Source: an uncultured Lentisphaerales bacterium | GTDB taxonomy: Bacteria > Verrucomicrobiota > Lentisphaeria > JABSQK01 > UBA12247 | Direction: 5' to 3' | Assembly: GCA_943788985.1 (NCBI GenBank) | Contig: CALSSJ010000031.1 | Location: forward strand, 73,261-137,260 | DNA: 64,000 nt | The notes under the pieces: model-generated | What the model was told of the DNA's origin: nothing | The model's database searches: none | The model's input: the letters and a program-made list of their open reading frames with translations, nothing else | Shown here: in pieces, positions 1 to 10,999 of the stretch | Layout: every line of letters begins with the position of its first letter | How positions within the stretch are numbered: the first letter of the stretch is position 1 | Program-made: the position numbers and the translations under genes

Positions 1-1461
1 GCGCCCGGTCCGCTCCCGCTGGATTGTCAGCAACGCGTTCGCCAGGCTCACAATGCTGTGCACACTCCGGAAGTTGCGGGTGAGCGAATAAATATCTGGC
101 GCACCAGTATGGCGATCCTGGCTACGAATCAGCGTTCGCAGCTCCGCCCAGCGAAAACCACTGGGGTTCACGATCTGCTGCGGATCCGCCGCGAACAGCA
201 GGCCATCCATGCGCCGCACCAAGCGCAGCAACAACAGCAACTCTACTTCGGTCAGGTCCTGGCCCTCATCGCAGACCACGTGATCATACACATGCGCCGG
301 CGCCAGCTGGCGAAGTGCAGCCCGCGCTGCATCCACGTCGTCGCTGCGATTCTGCGCTCTCAGCCAGCCCTGATACCGTTCATACACCTTGAACAGCCGC
401 GGTCTCTCGGCCACAAACAACGGTGCCCGCTTGCGCCCCAGCCTCTCGTACGCCTCACGCGATAGTCCGACCTGCCCCGGCTCCGTACACGCGCCCTTCA
501 CAATCCCCCGAATCTCCTCCCAGGCCAATGCCGCATCTGACAGCCGGTATGCCTGCCGATACCATTCCTCAAAGGCAGCCAGCCGAACTGACGGCAGCTC
601 CCCGCCTGCGATCTCCGCATACAACTGTGGAAACGTGTAGAAATCAGGCACCCGCGGCGGCGTCTCCCGCCGTGACCTGAACAGATCATGAAACAACGAG
701 CGCACAGTCTCGAGCAAAGGCTCGCTGTAGGTTACATACAGGATTCGACTCTGCGGCTGCTCCATAACCAGCCGCGCCAGCCGGTATACGCTTACCGTGG
801 TCTTGCCGCTCCCAGCCGTGCCGCGCAGCAAAACCGGCCCTGCTAGGTACACGCTCTCCGCCTGCTCCCGTGACAGCTTCAGTTCCAAATCATTCACGGA
901 TGGGTCATCCAGCAACGCCTGCCACTCGGCCTCGTCTGCCACGATCTCCGGCGTCAGTTCGTACCAACGAATCGACTCCACCATTGCCTCGGTCTCAGGC
1001 ACATTTAGCGGATCATTTACGTACTCCAGCAGATCTGGCGTACCCTCCTGGTTTGGCAGCAGCGCCTCCGGGCAGTCGGGCGTCTCTGCCAAGGTTGCCG
1101 TTGCGAACTCCGCAAAATCCAAAAAACCAGTTTCTGGCACGATATTCATCCGCCGCGCTCGATTGATATTGTCATGTCCGACAATGTCCCAGACTAAAAC
1201 ATGCGGCGAAAGCGCGTACGGCGGCTCAGTATCCGAGATCCGAACGACCGTAAATAGCATCCGGATTGCCCGGGTGACTCGGGCCTCATACACCGGTTTG
1301 CGGACTCCGCGAAGTGCCTTCACCCGCGTCCCATTCCCCCAGTAGCCCAGCTGCAGCCGTTCTAGCGTCTTCTGCACCTCCCCCCGAAACGGGGTCGCCT
1401 GCCCGGCTAGAAGCCCCTTTAGACGATGATGAATCAGAATATTGTAGAAATCGGTAGCCAT
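1..1461 (-). CDS. UvrD-like SF1 helicase with N-terminal RelE/ParE-like domain (3' end runs off the left edge)
   Basis: Manual translation from ATG at 1461 (upstream GGAGAAGAGG): MATDFYNILIHH...VYEARVTRAIRMLFTV...VLVWDIVGHD, then Walker A RGTAGSGKTT, ILYVTYS, VVCDEGQD, AADPQQI and LTRNFRS. Absent from the ORF track because the stop lies outside the window. Confidence 0.85.
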   Translation of the reverse strand, partial: MATDFYNILIHHRLKGLLAGQATPFRGEVQKTLERLQLGYWGNGTRVKALRGVRKPVYEARVTRAIRMLFTVVRISDTEPPYALSPHVLVWDIVGHDNINRARRMNIVPETGFLDFAEFATATLAETPDCPEALLPNQEGTPDLLEYVNDPLNVPETEAMVESIRWYELTPEIVADEAEWQALLDDPSVNDLELKLSREQAESVYLAGPVLLRGTAGSGKTTVSVYRLARLVMEQPQSRILYVTYSEPLLETVRSLFHDLFRSRRETPPRVPDFYTFPQLYAEIAGGELPSVRLAAFEEWYRQAYRLSDAALAWEEIRGIVKGACTEPGQVGLSREAYERLGRKRAPLFVAERPRLFKVYERYQGWLRAQNRSDDVDAARAALRQLAPAHVYDHVVCDEGQDLTEVELLLLLRLVRRMDGLLFAADPQQIVNPSGFRWAELRTLIRSQDRHTGAPDIYSLTRNFRSVHSIVSLANALLTIQRERTGR

Positions 1462-1516
1462 GCCGATACCTCTTCTCCACTTCGCCGTGGAAGCAAAACC
1501 GGAAACCGAAGTACGC

Positions 1517-2668
1517 CTACTCCCGCCCTTGGCGCATTCCCACGATCTCCACATCCAGGGCCGCATCCTCGGAAGATAATGGCAGGGTCAGATCGAACAA
1601 CTCCGGCTGATACTCGCCAGTGGCAGGCGGCACCACCGTGACTCCGATCCCGATCAGCCGCAAAGCGGCTTGATCCCAGTGAGTGCGCAGTAGCCGAAAT
1701 GCCGCACGAAGAATCGGGCGCTCATGGTCTGTCCCCGGCGACAGCGTGATTTGGCGCGTGATGGTACGAAAGTCTGCCCAGCGCAACTTCAGCACAACTG
1801 TCGTAGCGAGATACGAACGATCCTTCACACGCTCCGCGACATGAACCGCCAAGCCCAACAGACAGGCCTCGATAGTCGCCAAATCGCCACAGTCTTCGCC
1901 AAAGGTGTTCTCGTTCGAGATAGACTTGACCGCTGACGCCTGGGAAACCGGACGCTGATCGATGCCATGGCTAAGCGCGAAGAGCCGCTCTGCGCCCTCC
2001 TGCCCGAGCAAGCCGGTCAACGCCTCGGCACCGCAACGCTGCACATCCGCGACTTTGCGGAGTCCGCAACGCTCAAGGCGTACGGCGGACTTGGGCCCAA
2101 TCCCCCAGAGTCGTTGCAGGGAAAGCGGGGCCAACATTGCGGAGATCGCAGCGGGTTCTCGTGGGACAAACGTGAGCCCATTCGGCTTTTGCAGGTCGCT
2201 GGCCAGCTTAGCCAGCAGCTTATTCGGCGCGATCCCAATCGAGGCGGTCAACCCAATCTCATGCCAAATCTGTGCCTTCAGTGACTCGGCAAGAGTAATT
2301 GCTTCTTCTGCTGACGACACCTGGTCCGTGACATCGAGAAACGCCTCGTCGACAGAAAGGCCTTCCACTTGGCTGGTTACTGCCCGAAATACGCCAAACA
2401 GTTGGTGGGAAACGTCCCGATATTGCTGCATCCGAACGGGCATGAAATGCGCGTGGGGGCAGAGCCGATGCGCAGTGCGCGACGGCATTGCCGAATGCAC
2501 CCCAAACTCGCGTGCTTCATAGGACGCCGTGCAGACGACCCCGCGCTTGTCAGGCGGTGCCCCGACGATTACCGGCTCGCCTCTTAGGTGCACAGAATCC
2601 CGCTGCTCGACAGACGCGTAGAACGCGTCCATGTCTACATGAAAAATCCAGCGGTCGGTGTCGCTCAA
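1517..2668 (-). CDS. dinB: DNA polymerase IV (Y family)
   Basis: Motifs FHVDMDAFYASVE, SYEAREFGVHSAMP, SVDEAFLD, LAKLASDLQKPNG. The TTG start overlaps the upstream gene's stop. Confidence 0.95.
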   Translation of the reverse strand: MSDTDRWIFHVDMDAFYASVEQRDSVHLRGEPVIVGAPPDKRGVVCTASYEAREFGVHSAMPSRTAHRLCPHAHFMPVRMQQYRDVSHQLFGVFRAVTSQVEGLSVDEAFLDVTDQVSSAEEAITLAESLKAQIWHEIGLTASIGIAPNKLLAKLASDLQKPNGLTFVPREPAAISAMLAPLSLQRLWGIGPKSAVRLERCGLRKVADVQRCGAEALTGLLGQEGAERLFALSHGIDQRPVSQASAVKSISNENTFGEDCGDLATIEACLLGLAVHVAERVKDRSYLATTVVLKLRWADFRTITRQITLSPGTDHERPILRAAFRLLRTHWDQAALRLIGIGVTVVPPATGEYQPELFDLTLPLSSEDAALDVEIVGMRQGRE

Positions 2669-3732
2669 CGATTGACGTGAGCGCCCTCGCTATCGTGGGC
2701 CACATCCTTTGGCACACGATTCAGCTGGAGGCGAATCTCCTGATCGGCGGTCGTGTAGTAGACATCGCGCGCCTGTGCGATCATTTGCTGCAACGTCTCC
2801 TGAAACATTGTCACCAGCAAGGTGTTCCGCGAAGTCCGGTACTTCGGTAGAATCTTCTCGAAGTAATCAGCATCGGCCTCGACTCCAGCACGCACCCGCT
2901 GGTTATAACTCTCTGCCTCGGCAAGAATCTGCGAGGCCTCGCCCTGAGCCTGTTGCCCGAGCTTGCGGCTGAAGGCGTGTGCCCCACTGCGGCGGCTCGA
3001 GTACTCGTTCTCTGCTTCGATCACCTGGGTAAAGGCATCCAAGACCTGTCGCGGGACCTCGCGCCGGTCGAAGTACACGTTGATCGAGCTCAAGTCAATA
3101 CCCACATCCAAGGCGACCAGCTTGCGCTTGAAGCGCCGCTCTACGTTGCCACGTAAGGTCTCTGAGCCTTCGTAAATCGCGCTGTCGATCGGCGTGCCAG
3201 CGACTTCCTTCACGACAGCGTTGGCCAGTGCGTTCTGAATCATCAAATCTGCCTGACCTTCCGCGTACCCGTAGTGATAGCGCTTCAGGTTATCGATCGT
3301 GAAGTTCACACTCCAGCGCCCATGAATCACATTGTAATCTCCGGTCAAAAGATAGCTGTCGGCCGCCGTGCGTAGAGTCTCAGGGTCCGGCGGCGGGCCT
3401 TGCTGGTTGGCGGCCGCCTCCTCGTACCAGAACGAGGCAACCACGGTGTGGCTGCGGGCCGTACGCACGCGCACCACTGAGGCAAACGGCTTCGGTAGCG
3501 CATAGTACCCCTTGCCTGGCTTCAGAGCGTCGCCCTTTACCGCCCCAAACTGCGAGATAAAGGCCTGCTCGTTGGCATCTAGAACCGTGTAGTTGGACAC
3601 CACATAGCCAATGGCGACCAGCACCATCGAGATCACAAGAATCCGTCGAGCCAACTTCGCGGTGCGAAGAACAGCTTCTTCGCCTTCGCCACGCTGGCGG
3701 CGGCTATTGAACTGGATATCGGGGATGGGCAT
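2665..3732 (-). CDS. SPFH domain protein, HflK-like
   Basis: One N-terminal TM, LLTGDYNVI, VPRQVLDAFTQVIEAENE, AQGEASQILAEAESY coiled coil. Confidence 0.85.
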   Translation of the reverse strand: MPIPDIQFNSRRQRGEGEEAVLRTAKLARRILVISMVLVAIGYVVSNYTVLDANEQAFISQFGAVKGDALKPGKGYYALPKPFASVVRVRTARSHTVVASFWYEEAAANQQGPPPDPETLRTAADSYLLTGDYNVIHGRWSVNFTIDNLKRYHYGYAEGQADLMIQNALANAVVKEVAGTPIDSAIYEGSETLRGNVERRFKRKLVALDVGIDLSSINVYFDRREVPRQVLDAFTQVIEAENEYSSRRSGAHAFSRKLGQQAQGEASQILAEAESYNQRVRAGVEADADYFEKILPKYRTSRNTLLVTMFQETLQQMIAQARDVYYTTADQEIRLQLNRVPKDVAHDSEGAHVNR

Positions 3733-3743
3733 GATGCGCGGGC

Positions 3744-4736
3744 TTAGTTCCGGACCGCTGGCAGCTTGGTGCCGGGCCTTGACGTGGAGTCTTGGAAACG
3801 CTTGAGTGCAGAGAACGGCGGGGTATCTGGGTCAAAGAACAGAGTTGCCCCATGACTCAACTTCTTGAGTGCTTCGACCTCGGCCAGAAACTCGGCAAGC
3901 TCAGGCTCCTGATTGAACACGTCGTAGAACTCGGCAGCTGCTGCGTCGGCCGCACCACGCACCTTTTTGGCGCTCGCTTCCGCCTGCGCCACCACGATCC
4001 GACGTTGGCTCTCTGCTTCGGCACGAATTCGCTGTGCTTCGGCATCGCCACGGGCGAGAATCTCCTGACGAGTCGCTTCACGCTCGGCCTTCATCCGCTC
4101 AAACACCGAGATGCTGACCTTCTCGGGCAGTCCGATTTGCTTGAGCCCGACATCTACGATCTCAATCCCGAACTGGTCAAGCGAGTGAGTTTGCATGCCC
4201 GCGAGCAGATCAGCTTCGATCTGGTCGATCTTCACTTTCGTGGCATTGACATTGATCAGATCGCCAAAGTCATAACGGCTGATCACGCCGCTGCGCGTAC
4301 TGCGCAGCACATTCGTCAGCAGCTCTTCCGCGACCGCAAAGCTATCACGGGTCTGGTCCACTTCCTGCACGCTGCGCAGGTACTTCATGATCTGCTCTTC
4401 ACTATTCTGAATCCGCCAGCAGACGTAGACGCCGATCACGATATTCTTGCCGTCCCTCGTGAAGGTCTCTTCCAACTCGCCAATGTTGCCGTCAAAGCAC
4501 CGCACTCGACGATCCTTGCGCCATACAGTCTCGACCGGCGTGGGTAGCTTGAAATGCAGGCCCGGTGCAGCAACTCGCACTGGATTTCCCCAGCGCGTGA
4601 CCACGGCGTGCTCCGTCTCCTGCACTTGGAAGGTGAAGAGTGAAATGATAAATATCGCGCACACAGCCAGCACGACAACAATCAGCGGCTTGCTGCTGTG
4701 GTGCGTTTGCGGATCGGTATGAGTATGGTCTGCCAT
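3744..4736 (-). CDS. hflC: SPFH domain protein, HflC-like
   Basis: TM followed by VVTRWGNPV..PGLHFKLP, TRDGKNIV, VFERMKAERE, FNQEPELAEF. Confidence 0.85.
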   Translation of the reverse strand: MADHTHTDPQTHHSSKPLIVVVLAVCAIFIISLFTFQVQETEHAVVTRWGNPVRVAAPGLHFKLPTPVETVWRKDRRVRCFDGNIGELEETFTRDGKNIVIGVYVCWRIQNSEEQIMKYLRSVQEVDQTRDSFAVAEELLTNVLRSTRSGVISRYDFGDLINVNATKVKIDQIEADLLAGMQTHSLDQFGIEIVDVGLKQIGLPEKVSISVFERMKAEREATRQEILARGDAEAQRIRAEAESQRRIVVAQAEASAKKVRGAADAAAAEFYDVFNQEPELAEFLAEVEALKKLSHGATLFFDPDTPPFSALKRFQDSTSRPGTKLPAVRN

Positions 4737-4744
4737 GGTATCCT

Positions 4745-6652
4745 CTACTTAAGCTTAAGGTCCCGAGTAAGATCAATCTCTGGATCTTCCTCGAGATTTA
4801 CTTCTAGAATCTGTTTCGCACGAGTCGCAATAAACACGCAGCGCACGTCTCGCTCTGCCAGTGTCTCCATCATCAGACGTCGTGTGTAAATACTTGGTGC
4901 CTTCGCATACGCTGCACACTGCTGGGCAAACCGCAGCGACCGCGCCTCCGGAATCAGCTTCCGCTCCTGGCGGTATGCCTCCGCATCGGCCGCCACACTG
5001 TCACTCAGCCCCTTCGCCTCATTCTGCCACGCGCGGGCATCACCTTCTGCCCGCAACACTTTGGCCAGCAGTTCTTCTTGCGCACCAACTACCTGCTGGA
5101 AGGACTCGCCCGTTTCAACCGGTGGATGCAGATCCGTCAGCGCCACATAGGTGATCTCTACTCCCAACGGTGGCTTCACCGCCGCCACGGCCTCAGAAAT
5201 CCGCCGCGTCAGCTTGGTCGCGGTGACTGTGCGACCACGACCAACAACATCGTTAAAGCTCGACGATGCGAAGAACCGGACCAACTCGCGCTGGCAGACA
5301 CCTGCCAACGGCACCCGAGGGTCATCATAGTTGTAGGCGTAAGCAAGCACATCGGCCTCAGTCTTGCCCACTCGGAAATGGATCGGGATATGAACCTGTA
5401 GCGCGGTCACCGGCACCAGTCGACTGTCCTCACCCACCTCTTCCTCGTCACTCGCAAGCAGAAAGTATCCTTCCAACGCCTCGTGGCGCTTATCCCAGGT
5501 GATCACCCGGCCTTGGGTCGTATCCAAATACGGGTCTTCGTCTTCGGGCATCCCCTCGTTCGCTTTCGCTTTCTTCTCCAACCCAACATCAATCGTCTGT
5601 ACCTGGTGCGCTGGAACTCGACGAATGACCTGAAATGGCCATGGCAGCTTCACGTGCAGGCCTGATTCGACCAGCTCCCGCTTTGAGGTGCCGCCCAGCG
5701 AGTAGGTCTCCCGAATACCAATCTCGTGCGCGCCTACCCCAACAAAACAGCCCAGCACATAGAGAATGGCAAGAGAGAGCGCCACTAGGGGCACACAGCC
5801 ACGAACAACAATGGAATACACCCAGGTGTCTGAGACCTTCACGCCAAACTGATAGTCGAGCGCAGCGGCGATATTCTCGGCGATGCTCCCGGGCTGGGTC
5901 ACGAAACTCAGCGGCCGGCTCTCGTAGAGCGGTGTCACCGCTTCACCAGGAATGCGGGGCCGGTAGAAATCCAGCAGCGGACTCACTAGCAGTTCGATGG
6001 CAATAAGCGCCAGGATCGCCAAGGCTAAGATGCCGGCCGCCTTGCTCCAGCCCAGCTTCTCCTGCATCTCAGCCAACATCGCGGCCGCCAGCAAGAAGTT
6101 GAAGAACGCCGCCAGGAATGACATTTGCGCAATGGGACGCATCCAGCGACAGCCAGCCTCACGCGAGACGCCATTCATGAAGCTTCCGCCGAGAATACAC
6201 AGCACCGCCACAAATCCGGCAAATCCGGCAATGGGTACCGGAGACTGAGTCGCTGCGTTGCTGTGCGGCCCGAGGTCACGCAGCCAGAAGATGACGACGA
6301 TCCCAAGCACCAACCCAACGAACACGCAGAAGATCCGAACGCCATACTTTAGATACCCCTCGTACAACGCTCCGGCGATGCGGTCGTCACGGTCGTGGAA
6401 CAGATCTTCACGGTCGTATTCGCGCTTGATCCGCCGACGGTCGTTATCCTCGTCGCGCATCGCGCGCTCTAAAAAATTGTGCCGCCAGCCAGCCAGAGCG
6501 AATAGCCAGATGATCTGAAATACCGCGGCAGCGGCCCAGGCAACAGGGTGGGAGATCCAGAACCCGGCCAGTAGAGCATACGCAATCAGCGCAAAAGTAA
6601 TCAGCCCAGCAGTGCCTCTGGCGAGCAGTTCAGGACGTTGGGGCTTACTCAT
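4745..6652 (-). CDS. Multi-TM membrane protein with C-terminal SPFH/HflK-like domain
   Basis: Several N-terminal hydrophobic helices, then SGLHVKLPWPF, DLHPPVETGESFQQVVGAQEE, AEAYR. Confidence 0.8.
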   Translation of the reverse strand: MSKPQRPELLARGTAGLITFALIAYALLAGFWISHPVAWAAAAVFQIIWLFALAGWRHNFLERAMRDEDNDRRRIKREYDREDLFHDRDDRIAGALYEGYLKYGVRIFCVFVGLVLGIVVIFWLRDLGPHSNAATQSPVPIAGFAGFVAVLCILGGSFMNGVSREAGCRWMRPIAQMSFLAAFFNFLLAAAMLAEMQEKLGWSKAAGILALAILALIAIELLVSPLLDFYRPRIPGEAVTPLYESRPLSFVTQPGSIAENIAAALDYQFGVKVSDTWVYSIVVRGCVPLVALSLAILYVLGCFVGVGAHEIGIRETYSLGGTSKRELVESGLHVKLPWPFQVIRRVPAHQVQTIDVGLEKKAKANEGMPEDEDPYLDTTQGRVITWDKRHEALEGYFLLASDEEEVGEDSRLVPVTALQVHIPIHFRVGKTEADVLAYAYNYDDPRVPLAGVCQRELVRFFASSSFNDVVGRGRTVTATKLTRRISEAVAAVKPPLGVEITYVALTDLHPPVETGESFQQVVGAQEELLAKVLRAEGDARAWQNEAKGLSDSVAADAEAYRQERKLIPEARSLRFAQQCAAYAKAPSIYTRRLMMETLAERDVRCVFIATRAKQILEVNLEEDPEIDLTRDLKLK

Positions 6653-8662
6653 CGCACCGCCTCCACATCCAGCGCACCGATGCCGCTACCTTCTGCTTCT
6701 TCCGAAACCAGCAGCTCCTCGCCAAAGCGAAATAGTCGGGCGCTGTTGAACAGCACGATAAAGCTGCCGATGTTATGCAAAGCTGCGGCGATTAGAACCT
6801 TCAGCACAGAGTCGCGCATCCCGAGTGTATCCGCCAGCTGCCTGAGCTGGGCATCACCAAAAATGAACATCGCGATGCCCCCCCACGATCACCGCTACCC
6901 CCAGCACCAAGTTCTGTAGAATGGTTGTCCGTGTCTTACGGGACAGCCCGATTAACGTCGGGATGCGGCGCAAATCCGTGCTCATCAGCGCGATCGAGGC
7001 ACTGTTCAGAGCCACGTCGCTGCCAATAGCCCCCATGGCGATCCCAATATTTCCGGCGGCCAAGGCGGGCGCGTCATTGACGCCATCGCCAATCACCGCA
7101 ACCGTAGCCCCGCGTTTTTTCAACTCTTCGACGTAGGCCACTTTGTCCTGCGGTAGACACTCGCTGACCACGTCATCCATCTTCAGCCGGGCGCTCACCT
7201 GCTCGGCCACAGTCCGGTTGTCGCCGGTGACCATGCTGCAAAGCAACACACCGTTCTCGCGCGCCTGCTCAATCGCTTCAGCCGCGTGTTCGCGCACCGT
7301 GTCACGCATCCCAACCCAGCCCAAGACGCGAGAGCCATTAGCCACGTAGACCACGCTCATCCCGCTCTGCTCTTCGGCTTCCTCTTCCTTGCGCGGGAGC
7401 GTAATCTTATTCTCCTCCAACCACGTGCCGCGCCCCACCCGGATGACTCCGTTCGGCGTATGGGCAAGCACGCCTCGGCCCGGCACTTCTTCTGAAGACT
7501 CGGGCGACGTCCAGCTCACATTTGCGGTCTTCGCAAGATTTCGCAGCGCAATCGCAGCCGGATGATTACTGGCGGCTTCCGCGGTGACAGCGGCAGACAG
7601 CAACTCAGACAACTCAACACCTTCTGCTGGTGCCAGCTTCTTCACCGCCAGCACGCCGTGGGTCAAGGTCCCCGTCTTATCACAGACCAGAGCGTTGATC
7701 CCCGCAGCAGCCTCGATTTGCACCACGTCCTTGACCAGAATACCCAGCCGGGCCGCGGCCGCAATGGCCGCCACTGCCGCGGACGGCGTCGCGATCACCA
7801 AAGCGCACGGGCAGGCCATCACTAGGATCAAAACCACGCGCATCAGGTCGGCTGTGAAAAACCAGACGATCGCACTGACCATCAGAATGGTCGGCGTGTA
7901 ATAGCGCACGTACTGATCAATAATCCGCATGATTGGCGTGCGAGTCTTCTCTGCGGCCAAAATCAGGTCCCGCACCTTCCCCAACGTCGTGTCCTCACCA
8001 AGGCGAGTGACTTCCACCACGATCGCACCCGTCAGATTCTCGGTCCCGGCAAAGACCTCATCGCCCTGGCTCTTATCGACCGGCAACGATTCACCAGTGA
8101 TCGATGCTTGATTAACGGCCGACACGCCGCTGACGAGGGTGCCATCTACCGGAAAATTCTCACCAGGACGCACGCGAATTTTATCGCCGATCTTCAGTGC
8201 CAGCGCGGCAACCTCGGTCTCCGCGCCATCCTCCCCGAGCCGACGGGCCGTACTAGGGGCCATCTTCACCAAATCTTCGACAGAACGCATTGCGCCAATC
8301 GCCGTACGCTCCTCGATCAGGATGGCAGTCCACATAAAAAAGGCCACAATTCCGGCCTCCTGATACTTGCCAAGCACAAACGCGGCCAGAATCGCAAGCC
8401 CGACCAGTTCATTCATTAAGAAACGGCCGCTCATAATGTCGCTGATCGCGGTCTTCAGCAGTGGATAAGACAGGATGGCTGCCCCGGCGATCGCACAGAT
8501 CATCGAAGCGTAGGGCTGGTCGTCATGCACCAGCCATTGCGAAATCATAGAAGTCAGAACCAAAACGGCCCCGCACAGCGCCACGCCTACATGGACCGTC
8601 GGATGGCTGTGATTGCAGCCGCCGCAGTGCTCGTCCGCGATTCGTTCGTAACCTTTTCGCAT
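6649..8662 (-). CDS. Heavy-metal P1B-type ATPase (one frameshift near 6880)
   Basis: Motifs TGES, CPC, DKTGT, NHP, GDGVNDAP; N-terminal HCGGCNHSH. The last TMs (LHNIGSFIVLFNSARL) lie in ORF 6649..6870. Removing one base from the C7 run at 6878-6884 rejoins the frames. Confidence 0.9.
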
Positions 8663-8991
8663 ATATCCCCGATTATAGCCTCAGTCCTACCTCGCCTTCT
8701 AATATTCGCCACAAAGGGCGAAGTCATGTAAAAGCTGCAATCAACCGGTAATAATGCGTGCCCTAGTGGAATTCGCAACAGCCCCCCCCTGGATCTTTCC
8801 GGCTACAACCCATGCACCAATGGACACTCGGCGTACACCCTAGGGCATTCCTGGAACACAACTCTGCGCAAAATCGCCTCCAAATCCGCCACATCCCCCT
8901 AACCCACAACATCTTATGAACCATTCAGCACAACTTGGCACGAATGCTTCTTTCAAGCGATCCATCAACGCCACACACGGAGAAGCACACC

Positions 8992-10748
8992 ATGAATACT
9001 GCGCCAGAACCAACACCTGCTCTGCACCTCGACAGCATCCCGGGCTTGCCAAACGTTCCCATAGTTCCCTGCATTCAGAATCCACTAGAACGGCTCTTGG
9101 GCCTGGAGCGCTGCAATCAGGTGCTCGCCAAGATTCCGGCTGACAGAACCGGAACTGCCTTCGTCGCCGCCGCGCTCGAGCAATTGCAGATCGCGACAGA
9201 TGCAGCGGAGGCTGACCTAGCGAACATCCCGGAAACCGGCGGCGTGATGATTGTCGCCAACCACCCGTATGGTATGCTCGATGGCCTCCTCGTACTCGAC
9301 CTCATTGCCCGCAAGCGCAAGGACGTACGCTTCATGGGCAACGACGCTCTGGCCGCGATCCCACAGCTCGGCGACCTGCTGCTGGGCGTAGACCTCTGGA
9401 ACGGCGGCAAGCGCAGCAATGCCATGGCGCTGCGGCGTTCCATCCAATGGCTCCGCGAAGGCGGGGCACTCGTCGTCTTCCCCGCTGGCCGAGTCTCCGC
9501 CCCGCGTCTCGACCGCGCAGTTGTCATGGACCGTCCTTGGCAGCCCTCCATCGGCGGCATCCTGCGCCATGCCGGCTGCCCTGCCCTGCCCGTCCATGTG
9601 AGCGGCCAAGCCGGGCTAGTCACCCAGCTGGGTGGCCTCTTGAATCGCCACATCCGCCTCCTGGCGCAGCCGCATCAGCTCACCAGCAGTGCCAACCGCA
9701 CCTTTCAGATCCAGGTGGGCCATCCGGTCGATGCCAAACGTCTCGCCGCTTGCAAGGACGATCGCGACCGGAGCGAGTACCTGCAGTTTCGCAGCTACCT
9801 CCTCGCCGAGCGCGGCCGCACCGAGCGCGGGCCCTCACACGACAGATCAGCCCGAGCAGCCCATCGCGTCTCCCCGAGAGCGTAGCCAGCTGATTGCGGA
9901 GATCGCAGACCTCAGCCCGCTCTGCACCAAGGGCACTCGCGACGTTTATGTCACAACCGGCAACTATTCGCCGAACATCCTCCACGAGCTTGGTCGCCTT
10001 CGCGAACTGACCTTCCGCGAGGTCGGTGAGGGCACCGGCAACGCGCTCGACATCGACGACTACGACGATCACTGCGATCAGCTGCTCATCTGGGATCGCG
10101 AGGACCAGGAAATCGTAGGCGCCTACCGCTTGCGGGAAGTCAACGCCGACACAGACTCACGTGAGCTCTACTGCCACACGTCTGTACAAGCTCAAGCGCG
10201 GGTTCATGGGCCAGATCGGCCACGGCATCGAGCTTGGCCGCTCCTTCATCCAGCCATGCTATCAGCGCCAATTCAACTCCCTGCTCCTGCTCTGGCAGGG
10301 CATTGGTGCCTACGTCCAGCAGCGCCCCGGCGCCACCAAGCTCTTCGGCGCGGTCAGCATCAGCGCCGCGTACTCGCCCGCCTCGCGCCAAGCCATCCAG
10401 GAAGTCCTCGCGCACATCCGTACAGACAACCCGTTTGCGGAGTTCGCAACGCCACGCAATCCAGCGCGCTTCACCCCGTTGCGCCCGTTTCAGCGCGCAG
10501 CGCTCACCCGCTGGGGCTGCAGTGTCGAAGAACTCTCCGAGTGGATCGCCGACCTCGAGCCCAACCCCGACCTTCAGCACATTCCCGTCCTGATCCGCCA
10601 GTACGCTCGCCTCGGGGCAGTCTTCGCCAGCTTCAACGTCGATCCCGACTTTTCCTGCGCCATGGATGGGCTCATCGTCGTAGACCTCGAGCAGACCGAG
10701 CCACGCCAGCTCCGCCGCCTCTTCGGCAAGACCTGGTCGCTGACGTAG
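8992..10748 (+). CDS. Fused lysophospholipid acyltransferase + GNAT N-acyltransferase (OlsF-like / putative hemolysin family), two frameshifts
   Basis: ANHPYGMLDG and VFPAG (PlsC-type); then ELGRLRELTFREVGEG, DIDDYD, IVGAYR; then IELGRSFI, LLWQGIG, IPVLIRQY, FNVDPDF. Frame changes at about 9810-9840 and about 10181. Confidence 0.85.
10660..10738 (+). repeat. 79-bp direct repeat, copy 1 (3' end of the acyltransferase-GNAT gene)
   Basis: Matches 17107..17185 with 3 mismatches. Confidence 0.95.
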
Positions 10749-10999
10749 AGAACTCCGGATAGGCCGGCGGCTTGTCAGCAGTTAGGGCCCACGCGAAAAT
10801 AGCGTTCTCACCCCAGAGCGATGCCAGCAAAGCGCTCCAATGGCTCGGCGCAGGCCACCCCCGCTATCCGCCAAGAGCAATATGATGAAATATCGGCGCG
10901 TCCCTCGCCAAAGGCTGGTGACCGTGCCGGAACGGCAGCGAAAGCCGGCAACCTTCCTGGTCTGCAATGCCGATTCCCCACGGCGAGCAGCTCCCCTCC

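Noticed and set aside
58..1345. Plus-strand ORFs listed in the track
   Set aside because: Antisense shadows of the helicase gene. The same applies to most short overlapping ORFs in this GC-rich window, e.g. 14631..15305 and 34500..35354.
6878..6884. Phase variation or programmed frameshift in the ATPase
   Set aside because: Similar indels hit many unrelated genes, so sequencing error is more parsimonious.
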